Positions 7,634 through 18,396 of a stretch of 64,000 nucleotides of DNA are shown here, one piece after another. Each line of letters starts with the position of its first letter. Position 1 is the stretch's first letter. This stretch comes from Alphaproteobacteria bacterium (GTDB lineage: Bacteria; Pseudomonadota; Alphaproteobacteria; RF32; CAG-239). The notes under the pieces were generated by a model that was not told the DNA's origin, made no database searches, and worked only from the letters and a program-made list of their open reading frames with translations. The stretch spans positions 1,306 to 65,305 of the forward strand of contig JAFTYO010000004.1 in assembly GCA_017464685.1 (NCBI GenBank), in the 5' to 3' direction. Both the position numbers and the translations under genes were made by a program.

Positions 7634-9438
7634 TATATATTCAACTCCAATGCTTTTTGCAAAATTTTTGAGGCAATCGGAGCTGCAGCTCCCGAACCGG
7701 AAGAACCATGCTCAACTATCACAGCAACAGCATATTTGGGTTTATCATGAGGAGTAAACCCGACAAATAATGCATGACTGCGTAAACTCCACGGCAAATC
7801 CTCATCTTTTTTTATACCGTTTTGCCTCTCTTTTAAACTAATTCTACGAACTTGTGTCGTGCCGGTCTTACCGCTCATCTTAATGCCGTTAATGTTAAAT
7901 GAGGACGACGCAGCCGTTCCTCTTTCACCATTTACTACCTCAAACATTCCTTGCTTTACAATTTCTATATTTTTATTTGAAATCGGTAATTTCTTGATTT
8001 TTGCCTTGTCTTTTAAACTAAGTTTTGTAAATGACGGATATATTTCATATCCCCCGTTTGCCACCCTTGCCGTCATAATTGCAAGTTGTAACGGAGTGAC
8101 TTGAACATAGCCCTGACCTATGCCGGCAATAATCGTTTCACCTTGTTGCCACTTTTCACCATATCTTTTTAACTTCCATTCTTTATCAGGAATTATTCCT
8201 TTTTGTTCATTTTCAAGTGTAACACCTGTTAAATTACCTAATCCTAAAATTCTTGCCATATCAGCAATTTTTTCTATTCCAAGTAACATTGCAACTTCAT
8301 AAAAATATATATCACAAGAATTTTTTATGGCCTCAACAACATTTTGATAACCATGTCCCGAATGCTTCCAACAATGAAATTTATGATTACCCAAAGTCAT
8401 TGCACCACCGCAATAAAAACTCTTATCTTTACTCACAATATTGTTTTCAAGAGCAGCCAAAGCAACCGCTATTTTAAATGTTGACCCCGGAGAATATCTC
8501 CCTGTAACCGCTTTATTAACAAGCGGATTTCTTTCATTATAAAGAAGCTTATTCCACTCTTCATGTGAAAGACCTTTGGTGAACAAATTCGGATCAAATG
8601 AAGGTACCGAAACAAACGCCAAAATCTCTCCGCTGTGAACATCTAAAACAACCGCCGCCCCGCTATGTTCACCAAAAGTATCTTGAGCATATTTTTGCAA
8701 ATTCGCATCAACGGTTAAACGAAGAGCCTCACCTTCTTGTCCATTATTACGTTCAATTTCTTTCATGATTCTACCATAGGCATTTACTTCAAATTTAACA
8801 TTACCGCTAATTCCTCGTAATTTATTCTCAAAAAATTTTTCCAATCCTGATTTCCCGACTTTAAATCCGGGAACCATCAATAAAGGATCATCATTTTTTT
8901 CTTTTTCATCAACACTTCCTACATAACCCAAAAAATGAGCAGTATATTGCCCCATCGGATAAAATCTGTTTACACCTTGATCAATTATAATTCCAGGCAT
9001 AGAAGATGTATTTAATTGCAAGGATGAAACCTCTTCCCAACTCAAATTATCCTTTAATTTCACAGGGACAAACTTACGATGATTTTTTATTTCTTTTCTG
9101 ATTTTTTGTTCTTCTTTATCATTTATATCAATATATTTTTTAAATTCTGCTATTGTAGCATCAATGCTTGGAGCTTGTTCAGCGACAATCATTGCTGATA
9201 AATTTTGCTCATTATCAGCTAGGACAATACCATTCCTATCAAATATTGTACCACGTATCGGCATTAATATTCTGGTAGAAATTCTGTTCTCATCGGCAAG
9301 AGTTTTATATTTTAATGCATCAACAACTTGCAAATAATAAAGTCGAGCTATCAATATAAACAATAAAAAAAAGTTTACAATAGCCATTAGCATTGTACGA
9401 GAAAGCAAAATTTTTCCTTTATCGTTATCTCTGTTCAT
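7633..9438 (-). CDS. mrdA: Penicillin-binding protein 2 (elongasome transpeptidase)
   Basis: N-terminal TM segment. The motifs RG.I.DRNG, the STFK active-site serine motif (GSTFK), SCD (SxN-type position) and KTGT are present. Located in the mreBCD-mrdA-rodA operon. Confidence 0.93.
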   Translation of the reverse strand: MNRDNDKGKILLSRTMLMAIVNFFLLFILIARLYYLQVVDALKYKTLADENRISTRILMPIRGTIFDRNGIVLADNEQNLSAMIVAEQAPSIDATIAEFKKYIDINDKEEQKIRKEIKNHRKFVPVKLKDNLSWEEVSSLQLNTSSMPGIIIDQGVNRFYPMGQYTAHFLGYVGSVDEKEKNDDPLLMVPGFKVGKSGLEKFFENKLRGISGNVKFEVNAYGRIMKEIERNNGQEGEALRLTVDANLQKYAQDTFGEHSGAAVVLDVHSGEILAFVSVPSFDPNLFTKGLSHEEWNKLLYNERNPLVNKAVTGRYSPGSTFKIAVALAALENNIVSKDKSFYCGGAMTLGNHKFHCWKHSGHGYQNVVEAIKNSCDIYFYEVAMLLGIEKIADMARILGLGNLTGVTLENEQKGIIPDKEWKLKRYGEKWQQGETIIAGIGQGYVQVTPLQLAIMTARVANGGYEIYPSFTKLSLKDKAKIKKLPISNKNIEIVKQGMFEVVNGERGTAASSSFNINGIKMSGKTGTTQVRRISLKERQNGIKKDEDLPWSLRSHALFVGFTPHDKPKYAVAVIVEHGSSGSGAAAPIASKILQKALELNI

Positions 9439-9961
9439 ATATTACCTCATCACTGGCTAAAAACTTATTTTGAACAAAGATATTTAATCTCGCAATTAAA
9501 GGATATATCAACACCGTTACAATATAGCCGGAAAAAATTCCGAGAACAGATAAAAAACAGCTATAATAAATTGACATCAAGAACCACTTAACAACAAAAG
9601 CGGCAAATGATATTACGGCAAAACCAGTCCAACTGACAGCAAACGGTTTGGTGTTTACAAACCAACCATAACTGATTGACATAACATAAATAACAACAAA
9701 AACAAATATGTTAACTCCCAATGGTACCAACCCTAAGCTATCCGCAACAACACCCAAAAAAGCTACCGAAAACAAACCAAATAAATCTCTTCGATATAAT
9801 GTCCAAAAATATATACATATCATTGCAACATCAGGACGCAAAAATTTTGACAATGGAAAATGAAATGGGGTATACATCAATAAAATTAATACTATTGTAC
9901 ATAACAATGGTAACATTTTTTTTAGTTGATAACAGATTATATCGGACAAAGAATCATCCAT
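9425..9961 (-). CDS. mreD: Rod shape-determining protein MreD
   Basis: Small polytopic membrane protein between mreC and mrdA, overlapping mrdA by 14 nt. The call rests on position and hydrophobicity. Confidence 0.8.
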   Translation of the reverse strand: MDDSLSDIICYQLKKMLPLLCTIVLILLMYTPFHFPLSKFLRPDVAMICIYFWTLYRRDLFGLFSVAFLGVVADSLGLVPLGVNIFVFVVIYVMSISYGWFVNTKPFAVSWTGFAVISFAAFVVKWFLMSIYYSCFLSVLGIFSGYIVTVLIYPLIARLNIFVQNKFLASDEVIYEQR

Positions 9962-9962
9962 A

Positions 9963-10832
9963 TTATTTTTCCTTGTTTTCTTGTGAAAAATTCATAACAT
10001 CATGATAAATACCATAATCAACAATTTTTACAAATTCTAATCGTTCAATATCTGCCATTGGTACAATCTCTATTTTTTCTTTTGATATATTTTTTACCGT
10101 TCCTATCGGCAATCCTACCGGAAACACTCCGGCAACACCTGATGTTACCACAATATCTCCCTCTTTAATATCTGTACTCAATGATGTATATAAAAGTTTT
10201 GGTATCAACGTATTATCACCGGAAAGTATAGCTCTTTCTCTGTTCCTTTCAATAATTATCGGTATTTTTGAATTAATATCAGTAATTAAAATTACTCTGG
10301 CATATTTTCCGTTCACATTTTCAACTCTACCCACAACACTTTCATCACTCATAACCACTTGGTCTTTATATACTCTGTTTTCGTCACCGACATATACAAT
10401 TAAGGAATGAGAAAAGCCATCTCCCTCTTCTGCCACAACTTTTGCTGTAATATATGCAGCTTCCGGCAAAGAAATATAATTTAACATTTCACCCAAAAGA
10501 CGATTTTCAGCCTCAAGAGTACGCACTTTATTTTTCAGTATCATAAGTTTTATATTTTCTTCTCGCAGCTGTTTATTTTGTGAATACACTTTTATTATAT
10601 CACGAGCTTTTTCATACCCAAGATACACCATTTGAGCCGGAAATTGCATAATTCTTATGATAGGGCTTAATGTTGCTGAAATCATACCTGTCGTTTTATT
10701 TAAAACGTATGTATCCGCCTTACTTAACATCATAAGCATTAAAGCGGACACAAAAACCAAAGCAATTAAAACTTTCTTGATAAAAAGCTTAAACTGGCTC
10801 AACTTAATGAACAGAATACGGCGATGTTTCAA
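9963..10832 (-). CDS. mreC: Rod shape-determining protein MreC
   Basis: N-terminal TM segment, then a coiled coil (LREENIKL...LEAENRLL), then a beta-rich domain (VVGRV..V....ARV.LITD, P.GLPIG.V). It follows mreB. Confidence 0.9.
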   Translation of the reverse strand: MKHRRILFIKLSQFKLFIKKVLIALVFVSALMLMMLSKADTYVLNKTTGMISATLSPIIRIMQFPAQMVYLGYEKARDIIKVYSQNKQLREENIKLMILKNKVRTLEAENRLLGEMLNYISLPEAAYITAKVVAEEGDGFSHSLIVYVGDENRVYKDQVVMSDESVVGRVENVNGKYARVILITDINSKIPIIIERNRERAILSGDNTLIPKLLYTSLSTDIKEGDIVVTSGVAGVFPVGLPIGTVKNISKEKIEIVPMADIERLEFVKIVDYGIYHDVMNFSQENKEK

Positions 10833-10858
10833 CCTTTATCTCCCAAAACAAACGCCGT

Positions 10859-11902
<1,044 letters not shown>

Positions 11903-12001
11903 TCATTTTCTCCGAAAAAATTAACCTTTTGATAACTTTTAATACTTTCTCACAATTAAAGCAATATTTTTTTGATAATTTTTAATATCATCAACAATTT
12001 T

Positions 12002-12730
12002 TTAATAAAAGCTTTGTTTTATCGGATGTTTTTCATACTCCGGTATTTGTCGTACTGCAACAACTTTCTGATACATTTTCCCGAAATATGTTTTTTTACG
12101 CCATGTAAAATGAGATTTTTCTTTGGCATAATTTTCAATGTTTTGCTCCCACATACTTTCAGCAAACGGTTGATAAAGCCTATTAAATGGTTTGATTAAA
12201 AAACGCAACAAATTCCATTTTGATGGTTTATGATAATCAATAAATATTACTTTTCCACCTTCTTCAACGGAGTTTAAAGCATTATTAATTACTTTCGCTT
12301 TTGTTATCGGTGGCAGTTCATGCAAAAGCATATAACAAATCACAGTATCAAATTTTTCACTAAAGGCTTTGCTTACATCTTGAAAAATAAAATTAATTTT
12401 TTGATAAACGGTTTTACTTTTACAACGTTCTATTTGCATCGGAGTCACATCTGCAACAACATAACGTCCATAGGCTCCAACTTTTTCCGCCGTTGCCTCA
12501 ATCTGTCGTCCAAATGTACACCCCATTTGTAATACTGAGCTGTTTGTAGAAATTTCCTTTATTACATCATTAACTAATTTATGTTGCTGAAAACATGTCA
12601 AAAATGAAACTATACGCTCATCATCTAAAAAACGAGAAAGTTTTTCATTTTCGTACACATTCCCATAAATTTCCTTAACATAGGTCGGTGTTTTTACAAC
12701 CTTTGAAGCCTTTACAATATTATATTTCAT
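12002..12730 (-). CDS. rquA: Class I methyltransferase-fold protein with atypical motif I; tentatively the RquA-like rhodoquinone biosynthesis enzyme
   Basis: Rossmann MTase layout with motif I reading VLQMGCTFG (Gln where Asp/Glu is expected, Phe-Gly instead of G-x-G). Other features are YVVADVTP, VICYMLLHELP, GGKVIFIDYH and C-terminal WRKKTYFG.MYQK. From memory, the Q substitution and the C-terminal motifs are RquA hallmarks. The methyltransferase fold is firm; the RquA assignment is tentative. Confidence 0.5.
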   Translation of the reverse strand: MKYNIVKASKVVKTPTYVKEIYGNVYENEKLSRFLDDERIVSFLTCFQQHKLVNDVIKEISTNSSVLQMGCTFGRQIEATAEKVGAYGRYVVADVTPMQIERCKSKTVYQKINFIFQDVSKAFSEKFDTVICYMLLHELPPITKAKVINNALNSVEEGGKVIFIDYHKPSKWNLLRFLIKPFNRLYQPFAESMWEQNIENYAKEKSHFTWRKKTYFGKMYQKVVAVRQIPEYEKHPIKQSFY

Positions 12731-12740
12731 TGTCTATTCC

Positions 12741-13427
12741 TTACAAATATACATCATTCCTATCGATATAGCCTTGTTTTACAGCCTCAATTACAGCTGC
12801 TGTTCTGTTTGTTACTCCCAAAATTTTTAAGATAACCGTAATATGTACTTTAACAGTTCCTTCTGTTAATCCCAACTGATAAGCTATCAATTTGTTTGAC
12901 AACCCCTTGCCTATCGCTTTTATAACCTCAATTTGACGAGGTGTAAGTTTTTTATCAGTTTTGATATTTTCATTTTCGCTTAAACTTTTCAATTTATTAA
13001 TTTCTTGTGAAACTTCCTTATTTTCAGTTTTTTCTGAAAGCAATTCTTTTGGAAGATATACTCCTCCTGCCAATACCAAATTTATTGCACCAAGCATCAC
13101 TGCATTTGATGACGATTTTGGTATATATCCCGACACCCCAACTTCTAAAGTTTTTTGCAAAATTTCCTTATCAAATACGGCAGATATAATAATAATCTGA
13201 GTATCCTTAGCCAATCCGTGAATTTTTTCCAATGCATCCAGCCAATTAGCCCCCGGCATTGCTAAATCAGTTATAATAAGATCAAAATCATTTTGCTTTT
13301 GCAATTGTTCAAAAATCTCAACATAATTTTTAACCGTTATAATTTGCGAATCATCAAATTCGGCACTTAGAACAAATTCAAGTCCTTTTAAAAACAATTC
13401 GTGGTCATCTGCAATCAATATCTTCAT
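12741..13427 (-). CDS. Response regulator, NarL/FixJ (LuxR-type HTH) family; no cognate kinase in window
   Basis: The receiver domain has the acidic pair ADDH, the phospho-acceptor context LIITDLAMPG and the conserved YIPKS. A long linker leads to the C-terminal LuxR HTH (LTPRQIEVIK..GKGLSNKLIAYQLGLTEGTVKVH). Confidence 0.9.
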   Translation of the reverse strand: MKILIADDHELFLKGLEFVLSAEFDDSQIITVKNYVEIFEQLQKQNDFDLIITDLAMPGANWLDALEKIHGLAKDTQIIIISAVFDKEILQKTLEVGVSGYIPKSSSNAVMLGAINLVLAGGVYLPKELLSEKTENKEVSQEINKLKSLSENENIKTDKKLTPRQIEVIKAIGKGLSNKLIAYQLGLTEGTVKVHITVILKILGVTNRTAAVIEAVKQGYIDRNDVYL

Positions 13428-13439
13428 AATTTTTCCTTT

Positions 13440-14171
13440 TTATTGCCAATTACCTGCCAATGCCTGCCAAAGAGAAAGCGCCGCAACGACTGCGGTTTCT
13501 GCTCTTAAAATGGTTTTTCCGAGAGAAACACCATAACTATAATCTAAACTTCTTAAAATTTCTAGCTCTTTTTGTGAAAATCCGCCTTCAGGTCCCACCA
13601 AAATTGCCACCGGCGGTTCGCATTTCGGCATTTGCTCAATTGCCGATTTTGAACCCAAGCTTTCATCAAGATATATCAACTTGCGTGATTTATCCCACAT
13701 TTTAAGCAACTCTTTAAAGGTTATACATTCTGCCACTTGCGGCAAATCTTGGCGACGAGCTTGTTCACTAGCTTCTGTAACCAAAGTTTTTAATCGTTCC
13801 GTTCGTGGTTTTGAATTTGAGGTATAATCCGTAACTACGGGTACAATTTTTTTAACCCCGATTTCCGTTGCTTTTTCCACCACAAAGTCGGTATTATCTT
13901 TTTTTAAGATTGCAAACAACAGCCACAAATCCTGACTTTCAAAAAAATCGCAAAATTTTTGTTCAATTCTTAATACGCAGTTTTTCTTGCCAACACTTAC
14001 AATACGGCAACAAAACTCACCGTTTTTACCATCAAAAGCATAAACTTCATCACCGATTTTTAAGCGCATTACATTCAGCAAATAATGAGCTTGTTTTTCA
14101 TCACAAACGACTTTTATATTTTCTTTTAAGTCAGTTTCCACATAAATTCTGATACGATTTTTCTTACTCAC
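13440..14171 (-). CDS. rsmE: 16S rRNA (uracil1498-N3)-methyltransferase RsmE
   Basis: N-terminal PUA-like region (R.YV......HLLNVMRLK.GDEV..FDG) and C-terminal SPOUT knot (ILVGPEGGFS..E, LG..ILRAETA). Confidence 0.88.
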   Translation of the reverse strand: MSKKNRIRIYVETDLKENIKVVCDEKQAHYLLNVMRLKIGDEVYAFDGKNGEFCCRIVSVGKKNCVLRIEQKFCDFFESQDLWLLFAILKKDNTDFVVEKATEIGVKKIVPVVTDYTSNSKPRTERLKTLVTEASEQARRQDLPQVAECITFKELLKMWDKSRKLIYLDESLGSKSAIEQMPKCEPPVAILVGPEGGFSQKELEILRSLDYSYGVSLGKTILRAETAVVAALSLWQALAGNWQ

Positions 14172-14277
14172 TTATCACACCTTTAAAAACTTTGGCATAA
14201 AATTAAATATCCGACTGCATTATAACAAAATATATGTTAATGAATAAATAACATTAACCAAATAAAACGGAAAAAAG

Positions 14278-14943
14278 ATGATTATCACAATTGATGGTCC
14301 TGCCGCTGCAGGAAAAGGAACTCTTTGTTCATATTTATCAAAACATTATCAACTGGCTTATTTTGATACCGGTATGGTTTATCGTGCGGTCGGACTTGAT
14401 ATGGTTTTGCAAAATCTTAATCTTCAAGATGAGGAAACAGCCGAAAAAATCGCCCAAAACCTGACTTTTGAAAAAATGATGATGCTATCCAAACACCCTG
14501 ATTTTCGTTCAGATGTCGGAGGGATTGCCGCATCAAAAGTGTCTGCTTTGCCCAAAGTCAGAGCCGCTTTGTTAAAAATGCAGCAAGATTTTGCACTAAA
14601 TCCTGTTTTTGCCGATGGAACACCTGCTAATGGTGTGATTTACGACGGCAGAGATACCGGCACCGTTGTTTGCCCCAATGCTGATATCAAACTTTTTGTA
14701 ACAGCATCTTCCGAGGTCAGAGCCAAAAGACGCTTTGATGAATTTATATCCAAAGGTATTAACACAACCTATGACAAAGTATTAGAAGATATGATTGCTC
14801 GTGACAAACGAGACCAAGAACGAGCATCAGCTCCTCTAAAACCGGCCGACGATGCTATTGTATTTGATACCTCTGATATGACCGCTCAAGAAGAAATCAA
14901 CAAAGCCATTGAAATTATTGAAACAAAGAAAAAATCTTTGTAA
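14278..14943 (+). CDS. cmk: Cytidylate kinase
   Basis: ITIDGPAAAGKGT P-loop, FDTG.VYRAV, DGRDTGTVV, and the R...D..RD lid region. Confidence 0.93.
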   Translation: MIITIDGPAAAGKGTLCSYLSKHYQLAYFDTGMVYRAVGLDMVLQNLNLQDEETAEKIAQNLTFEKMMMLSKHPDFRSDVGGIAASKVSALPKVRAALLKMQQDFALNPVFADGTPANGVIYDGRDTGTVVCPNADIKLFVTASSEVRAKRRFDEFISKGINTTYDKVLEDMIARDKRDQERASAPLKPADDAIVFDTSDMTAQEEINKAIEIIETKKKSL

Positions 14944-14991
14944 TTGGTCGCACATTTATTACAAACAACTTCCAAAAATCATACTTAAAAT

Positions 14992-15028
14992 AAACAAAGC
15001 TAATATAATTTTTATATTAGCTTTGTTT
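14992..15028. terminator. Bidirectional terminator: perfect 16-bp hairpin between convergent cmk and ORF 15032-15640
   Basis: aaacaaagctaatata (14992-15007), a 5-nt loop, then tatattagctttgttt (15013-15028). A/T runs flank both sides. Confidence 0.7.
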
Positions 15029-15031
15029 ATT

Positions 15032-15640
15032 TTAATAAGTTCCAAAACTGCGAGTTCGAGTACCTGTTATTACTTCTTGTAAATATACATCTTTACTCTT
15101 AAGCGATTTTTGAATACGATGCCTGTTCATAGCTTCAGTTATACGCTCACCTTCCCTAAAAGATATTGTAGCATCATTTAATTTTTTAAATCCGCTTTCC
15201 GGTTGCATTTGCATCAAAGTCATTAACGGCGAATCGTTCAAAACAAGTAACTCCACAATGCGATGAGTTTCATCCTCACAAAAAACCTTAGCCGCTCCGA
15301 CAGAAACATTGTTTTGATCAATGACATCAACATAATACGCCCCATTTTGCGTTTCAGATGACATATTCAATGAATAACCATTTTCTTCTAAAAACTTTTT
15401 TGCACCTTTTCTTATAGGAGTATAATTTGTAGTTTTATGTTTTGTTTCTTGCGCAGACAAATCAGCTAATTCTTTTATCTCTCCTTCTACCTCTTTTTGG
15501 TGATGTTTCACAACCATTTTGGGACCAGCTAGAGCAGCTATACCTAGCGTAACACCTGCCAAATTTGCAGCAACTCTAAGCGCACGGCGATGGCGAATTT
15601 TTTTTCTTACATTATCTATTTCTTGTTTAGTATCTGGCAT
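15032..15640 (-). CDS. Hypothetical membrane-anchored protein (202 aa)
   Basis: Basic N-terminus followed by one hydrophobic segment (LRVAANLAGVTLGIAALAG). No recognisable motif. Confidence 0.55.
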   Translation of the reverse strand: MPDTKQEIDNVRKKIRHRRALRVAANLAGVTLGIAALAGPKMVVKHHQKEVEGEIKELADLSAQETKHKTTNYTPIRKGAKKFLEENGYSLNMSSETQNGAYYVDVIDQNNVSVGAAKVFCEDETHRIVELLVLNDSPLMTLMQMQPESGFKKLNDATISFREGERITEAMNRHRIQKSLKSKDVYLQEVITGTRTRSFGTY

Positions 15641-15704
15641 CCGAATTATCCTTACAGAATCTCTTACATTTTAATGATATCACTTTTTTACAAATCGGTC
15701 AATA

Positions 15705-16916
15705 TTATTTTAAACTTTTTTTCATCATACAAAAAAAGAAACCATCTGTATTGGTTACAAGCGGTGAGAGCTTTACATAATCTGAACTGTTACACGGATA
15801 CAAAGTATCAATTTTTTCTTCCCACAAATTTTTATGATTTACAAAAACCATATCCTGATGTTTTTGCTTAAAAGCACTTACAATATTTTCGTTTTCATCT
15901 TGTAAAACAGAACAAGTCATATAAACAATATATCCGCCCTTTTTAGTGCTTTTATATGCGGTTTCTAAAATTTCAAGCTGAGTTTCATTTAATTCTTCTA
16001 TGTGTTTTGCGCTCAATCTGAATTTTGAGTCGGGAGCTCGTCTTAATGTTCCGCTACCCGAACACGGAGCATCAATTATAAACCTGTCATAACTGCTATC
16101 ATCAAGTATGCGTACAATTTTAATATTCCGGATTCCAAGCCTTAATGCTCTGTCTTTTATAACATCCATACGATTAAAATTAGCATCATGAGCATATATA
16201 ACACCCTCATTACGGTTTATTGCCGCAATTGCCAAACTCTTACCTCCGGCACCGGCGCAATAATCAATCACTTTTTCATCAGGCGACACATCACATAAAA
16301 TGGCGGCAATTTGTGAAGATTCATCTTGCACATCAACCAGTCCCTCGTGATAAGCGATGCAATTGTTTAAGTTTACTCTCTCAGATGAACGCAAACCATA
16401 CGGCGAATATGTAGTCGGGGTAAAAAACAAACCTTCACTTTCCAAACGCTTTTTCACCATTGTTCGCTCTGCCATATTTACCCTTAAATCTGCCGGAGCG
16501 CTCATATTTAAGGCTTGTACCATCGAAAGTGAATTGATTTTTTCAAAAAGCCATTTCGGGCATTCATTTTCGACATATTCGGGATAAACCTCATCACTAA
16601 GATTTTTCAACCACTTTTTTTCTTCACTGCTAAGCGGTGCAAAACCATATTGCCCGCCGGTTATAATGTCAAAATCTTCATCTTTAAGATACACAAGCAA
16701 AACTTTTCTGACATCTTTGCTTTTTGCATCAAATTCCAAACGCATACGATGTCTTATAATATCCCATACGGTTTCAACAATAAACCTGCGGTCTTTTGAG
16801 CCGATATATTTTCTTTTACGAACATAATCGTTGATTATAACATCTGCCGGTTTTTTATCTTCAAAAACCTTGCTTATCAGCTCAAAAACCGCTTGATATC
16901 TAGCAGCTATTTGCAT
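15705..16916 (-). CDS. rsmB: 16S rRNA (cytosine-C5)-methyltransferase RsmB/Sun family
   Basis: N-terminal NusB-like region, SAM site DYCAGAGGKS, catalytic DAPCSGSGTLRR and TCS motifs. ATG at 16916; the track starts 3 nt earlier at TTG. Confidence 0.88.
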   Translation of the reverse strand: MQIAARYQAVFELISKVFEDKKPADVIINDYVRKRKYIGSKDRRFIVETVWDIIRHRMRLEFDAKSKDVRKVLLVYLKDEDFDIITGGQYGFAPLSSEEKKWLKNLSDEVYPEYVENECPKWLFEKINSLSMVQALNMSAPADLRVNMAERTMVKKRLESEGLFFTPTTYSPYGLRSSERVNLNNCIAYHEGLVDVQDESSQIAAILCDVSPDEKVIDYCAGAGGKSLAIAAINRNEGVIYAHDANFNRMDVIKDRALRLGIRNIKIVRILDDSSYDRFIIDAPCSGSGTLRRAPDSKFRLSAKHIEELNETQLEILETAYKSTKKGGYIVYMTCSVLQDENENIVSAFKQKHQDMVFVNHKNLWEEKIDTLYPCNSSDYVKLSPLVTNTDGFFFCMMKKSLK

Positions 16917-16940
16917 CAACTCACCTTCTTGACCGTTTTA

Positions 16941-18308
16941 TCAGCTCAAAAAATATTCTCTTAAGTAGTTAGGCAAATCAGCAATATTAACCCTAACCTG
17001 CTCCATTGTATCTCTGTCTCTGACCGTAACAGATGCCGGCTCTTGCTCAATGGTTTCAAAATCAACGGTTAAACAAAGAGGTGTTCCGATTTCATCGTGC
17101 CTGCGATATGCTTTACCGATATTTCCGGTATTTTCCAATGCCACACGACCAATACCGAGTTTTAGCAAATTGTTCTTAATTTCATAACATTTTTGCATAA
17201 TCTGTTCATTGTTTTTCTTTAACGGAATTACCGCAACCTTAATCGGAGCTAAATGTTTTTTAAGTTTTAATACAATGCGAGAGTTACCATCACCCAAATC
17301 TTCTTCGGTATAAGCTTCGGTCATAACCGCCAACACCCCTCTATCCACACCCATAGAGGGCTCAATCACATACGGGATTACCCATTTATTGTTCTCATCA
17401 TCTCTTATACAAAGTTTTGTAGTAGATTCGGTGTTTTCGTGACAATGAGCCTCGAGTTCAAACTCATCTTGCGCTTTGGTATGATTACCCAAGTCATAAT
17501 CTCGACGATTGGCAATTCCTTCCAATTCTTCCATACCGTGCGGAAAACGATATTCAATATCGTAACAAGCTTTGGCATAATGCGCCAAATCATCTTTTGG
17601 TGTGGTATAAATGTTTATATTTTCTTTTTTCAAGCCCTGCTCTTCCCACCATTTAATACGAGTTTCTTTCCACATTTCGTGCCATTTTTCATCTTCGCCC
17701 GGAGCTACAAAAAACTCCAATTCAGCCTGCTCAAATTCACGAACTCTAAAAATAAAATTACGAGGTGTAATTTCATTTCTGAATGATTTTCCGATTTGAG
17801 CAATACCGAACGGAAGTTTTCTTGAAGTAGAATCAACCACATTTTTAAACTGAACAAATATGGCCTGTGCTGTTTCAGGACGCAAATATGCCAAATTTTC
17901 ATCATTTTCAACCGGACCGGTTTGAGTTTTAAACATCAAATTAAACGGTCTTGGATCTGTTAAATCAGTCGAACCACAAAGAGGACATTTACCATCAGTA
18001 AGATGGTCTGCTCTAAAGCGGCCCTTACATTTTTTGCAATCTACCATCGGGTCCGAAAATGTATCTTCGTGACCGGAATATTTCAAAACTTTACGATTCG
18101 TCAAAATTGCGGCATCTAAGCCTTCCACATCATCTCTTTCATAGACCATGGAGCGACACCAAGCCGCTTTTAAGTTATTTTTAAGCTCAACACCTAACGG
18201 ACCGTAATCATAGACACCTTGCATACCACCGTAAATATCGGCATTTTGAAAAATAAAACCTCTTCTTTTACACAACGATACAAGTTGTTCCATAGTAGTT
18301 GCAGACAT
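16941..18308 (-). CDS. glyQS: Glycine--tRNA ligase, homodimeric (alpha2, GlyQS) type
   Basis: Single 455-aa class II aaRS: [54 protein letters not shown], and C-terminal anticodon-binding domain. Confidence 0.93.
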   Translation of the reverse strand: MSATTMEQLVSLCKRRGFIFQNADIYGGMQGVYDYGPLGVELKNNLKAAWCRSMVYERDDVEGLDAAILTNRKVLKYSGHEDTFSDPMVDCKKCKGRFRADHLTDGKCPLCGSTDLTDPRPFNLMFKTQTGPVENDENLAYLRPETAQAIFVQFKNVVDSTSRKLPFGIAQIGKSFRNEITPRNFIFRVREFEQAELEFFVAPGEDEKWHEMWKETRIKWWEEQGLKKENINIYTTPKDDLAHYAKACYDIEYRFPHGMEELEGIANRRDYDLGNHTKAQDEFELEAHCHENTESTTKLCIRDDENNKWVIPYVIEPSMGVDRGVLAVMTEAYTEEDLGDGNSRIVLKLKKHLAPIKVAVIPLKKNNEQIMQKCYEIKNNLLKLGIGRVALENTGNIGKAYRRHDEIGTPLCLTVDFETIEQEPASVTVRDRDTMEQVRVNIADLPNYLREYFLS

Positions 18309-18396
18309 TTTTTATTTCCTTATTCATATTGATTAAATTTTAACTCTTAAGGTTTATATTATCTTTAATAAAAAAGCAAGAGGAGAGTATAAAATT

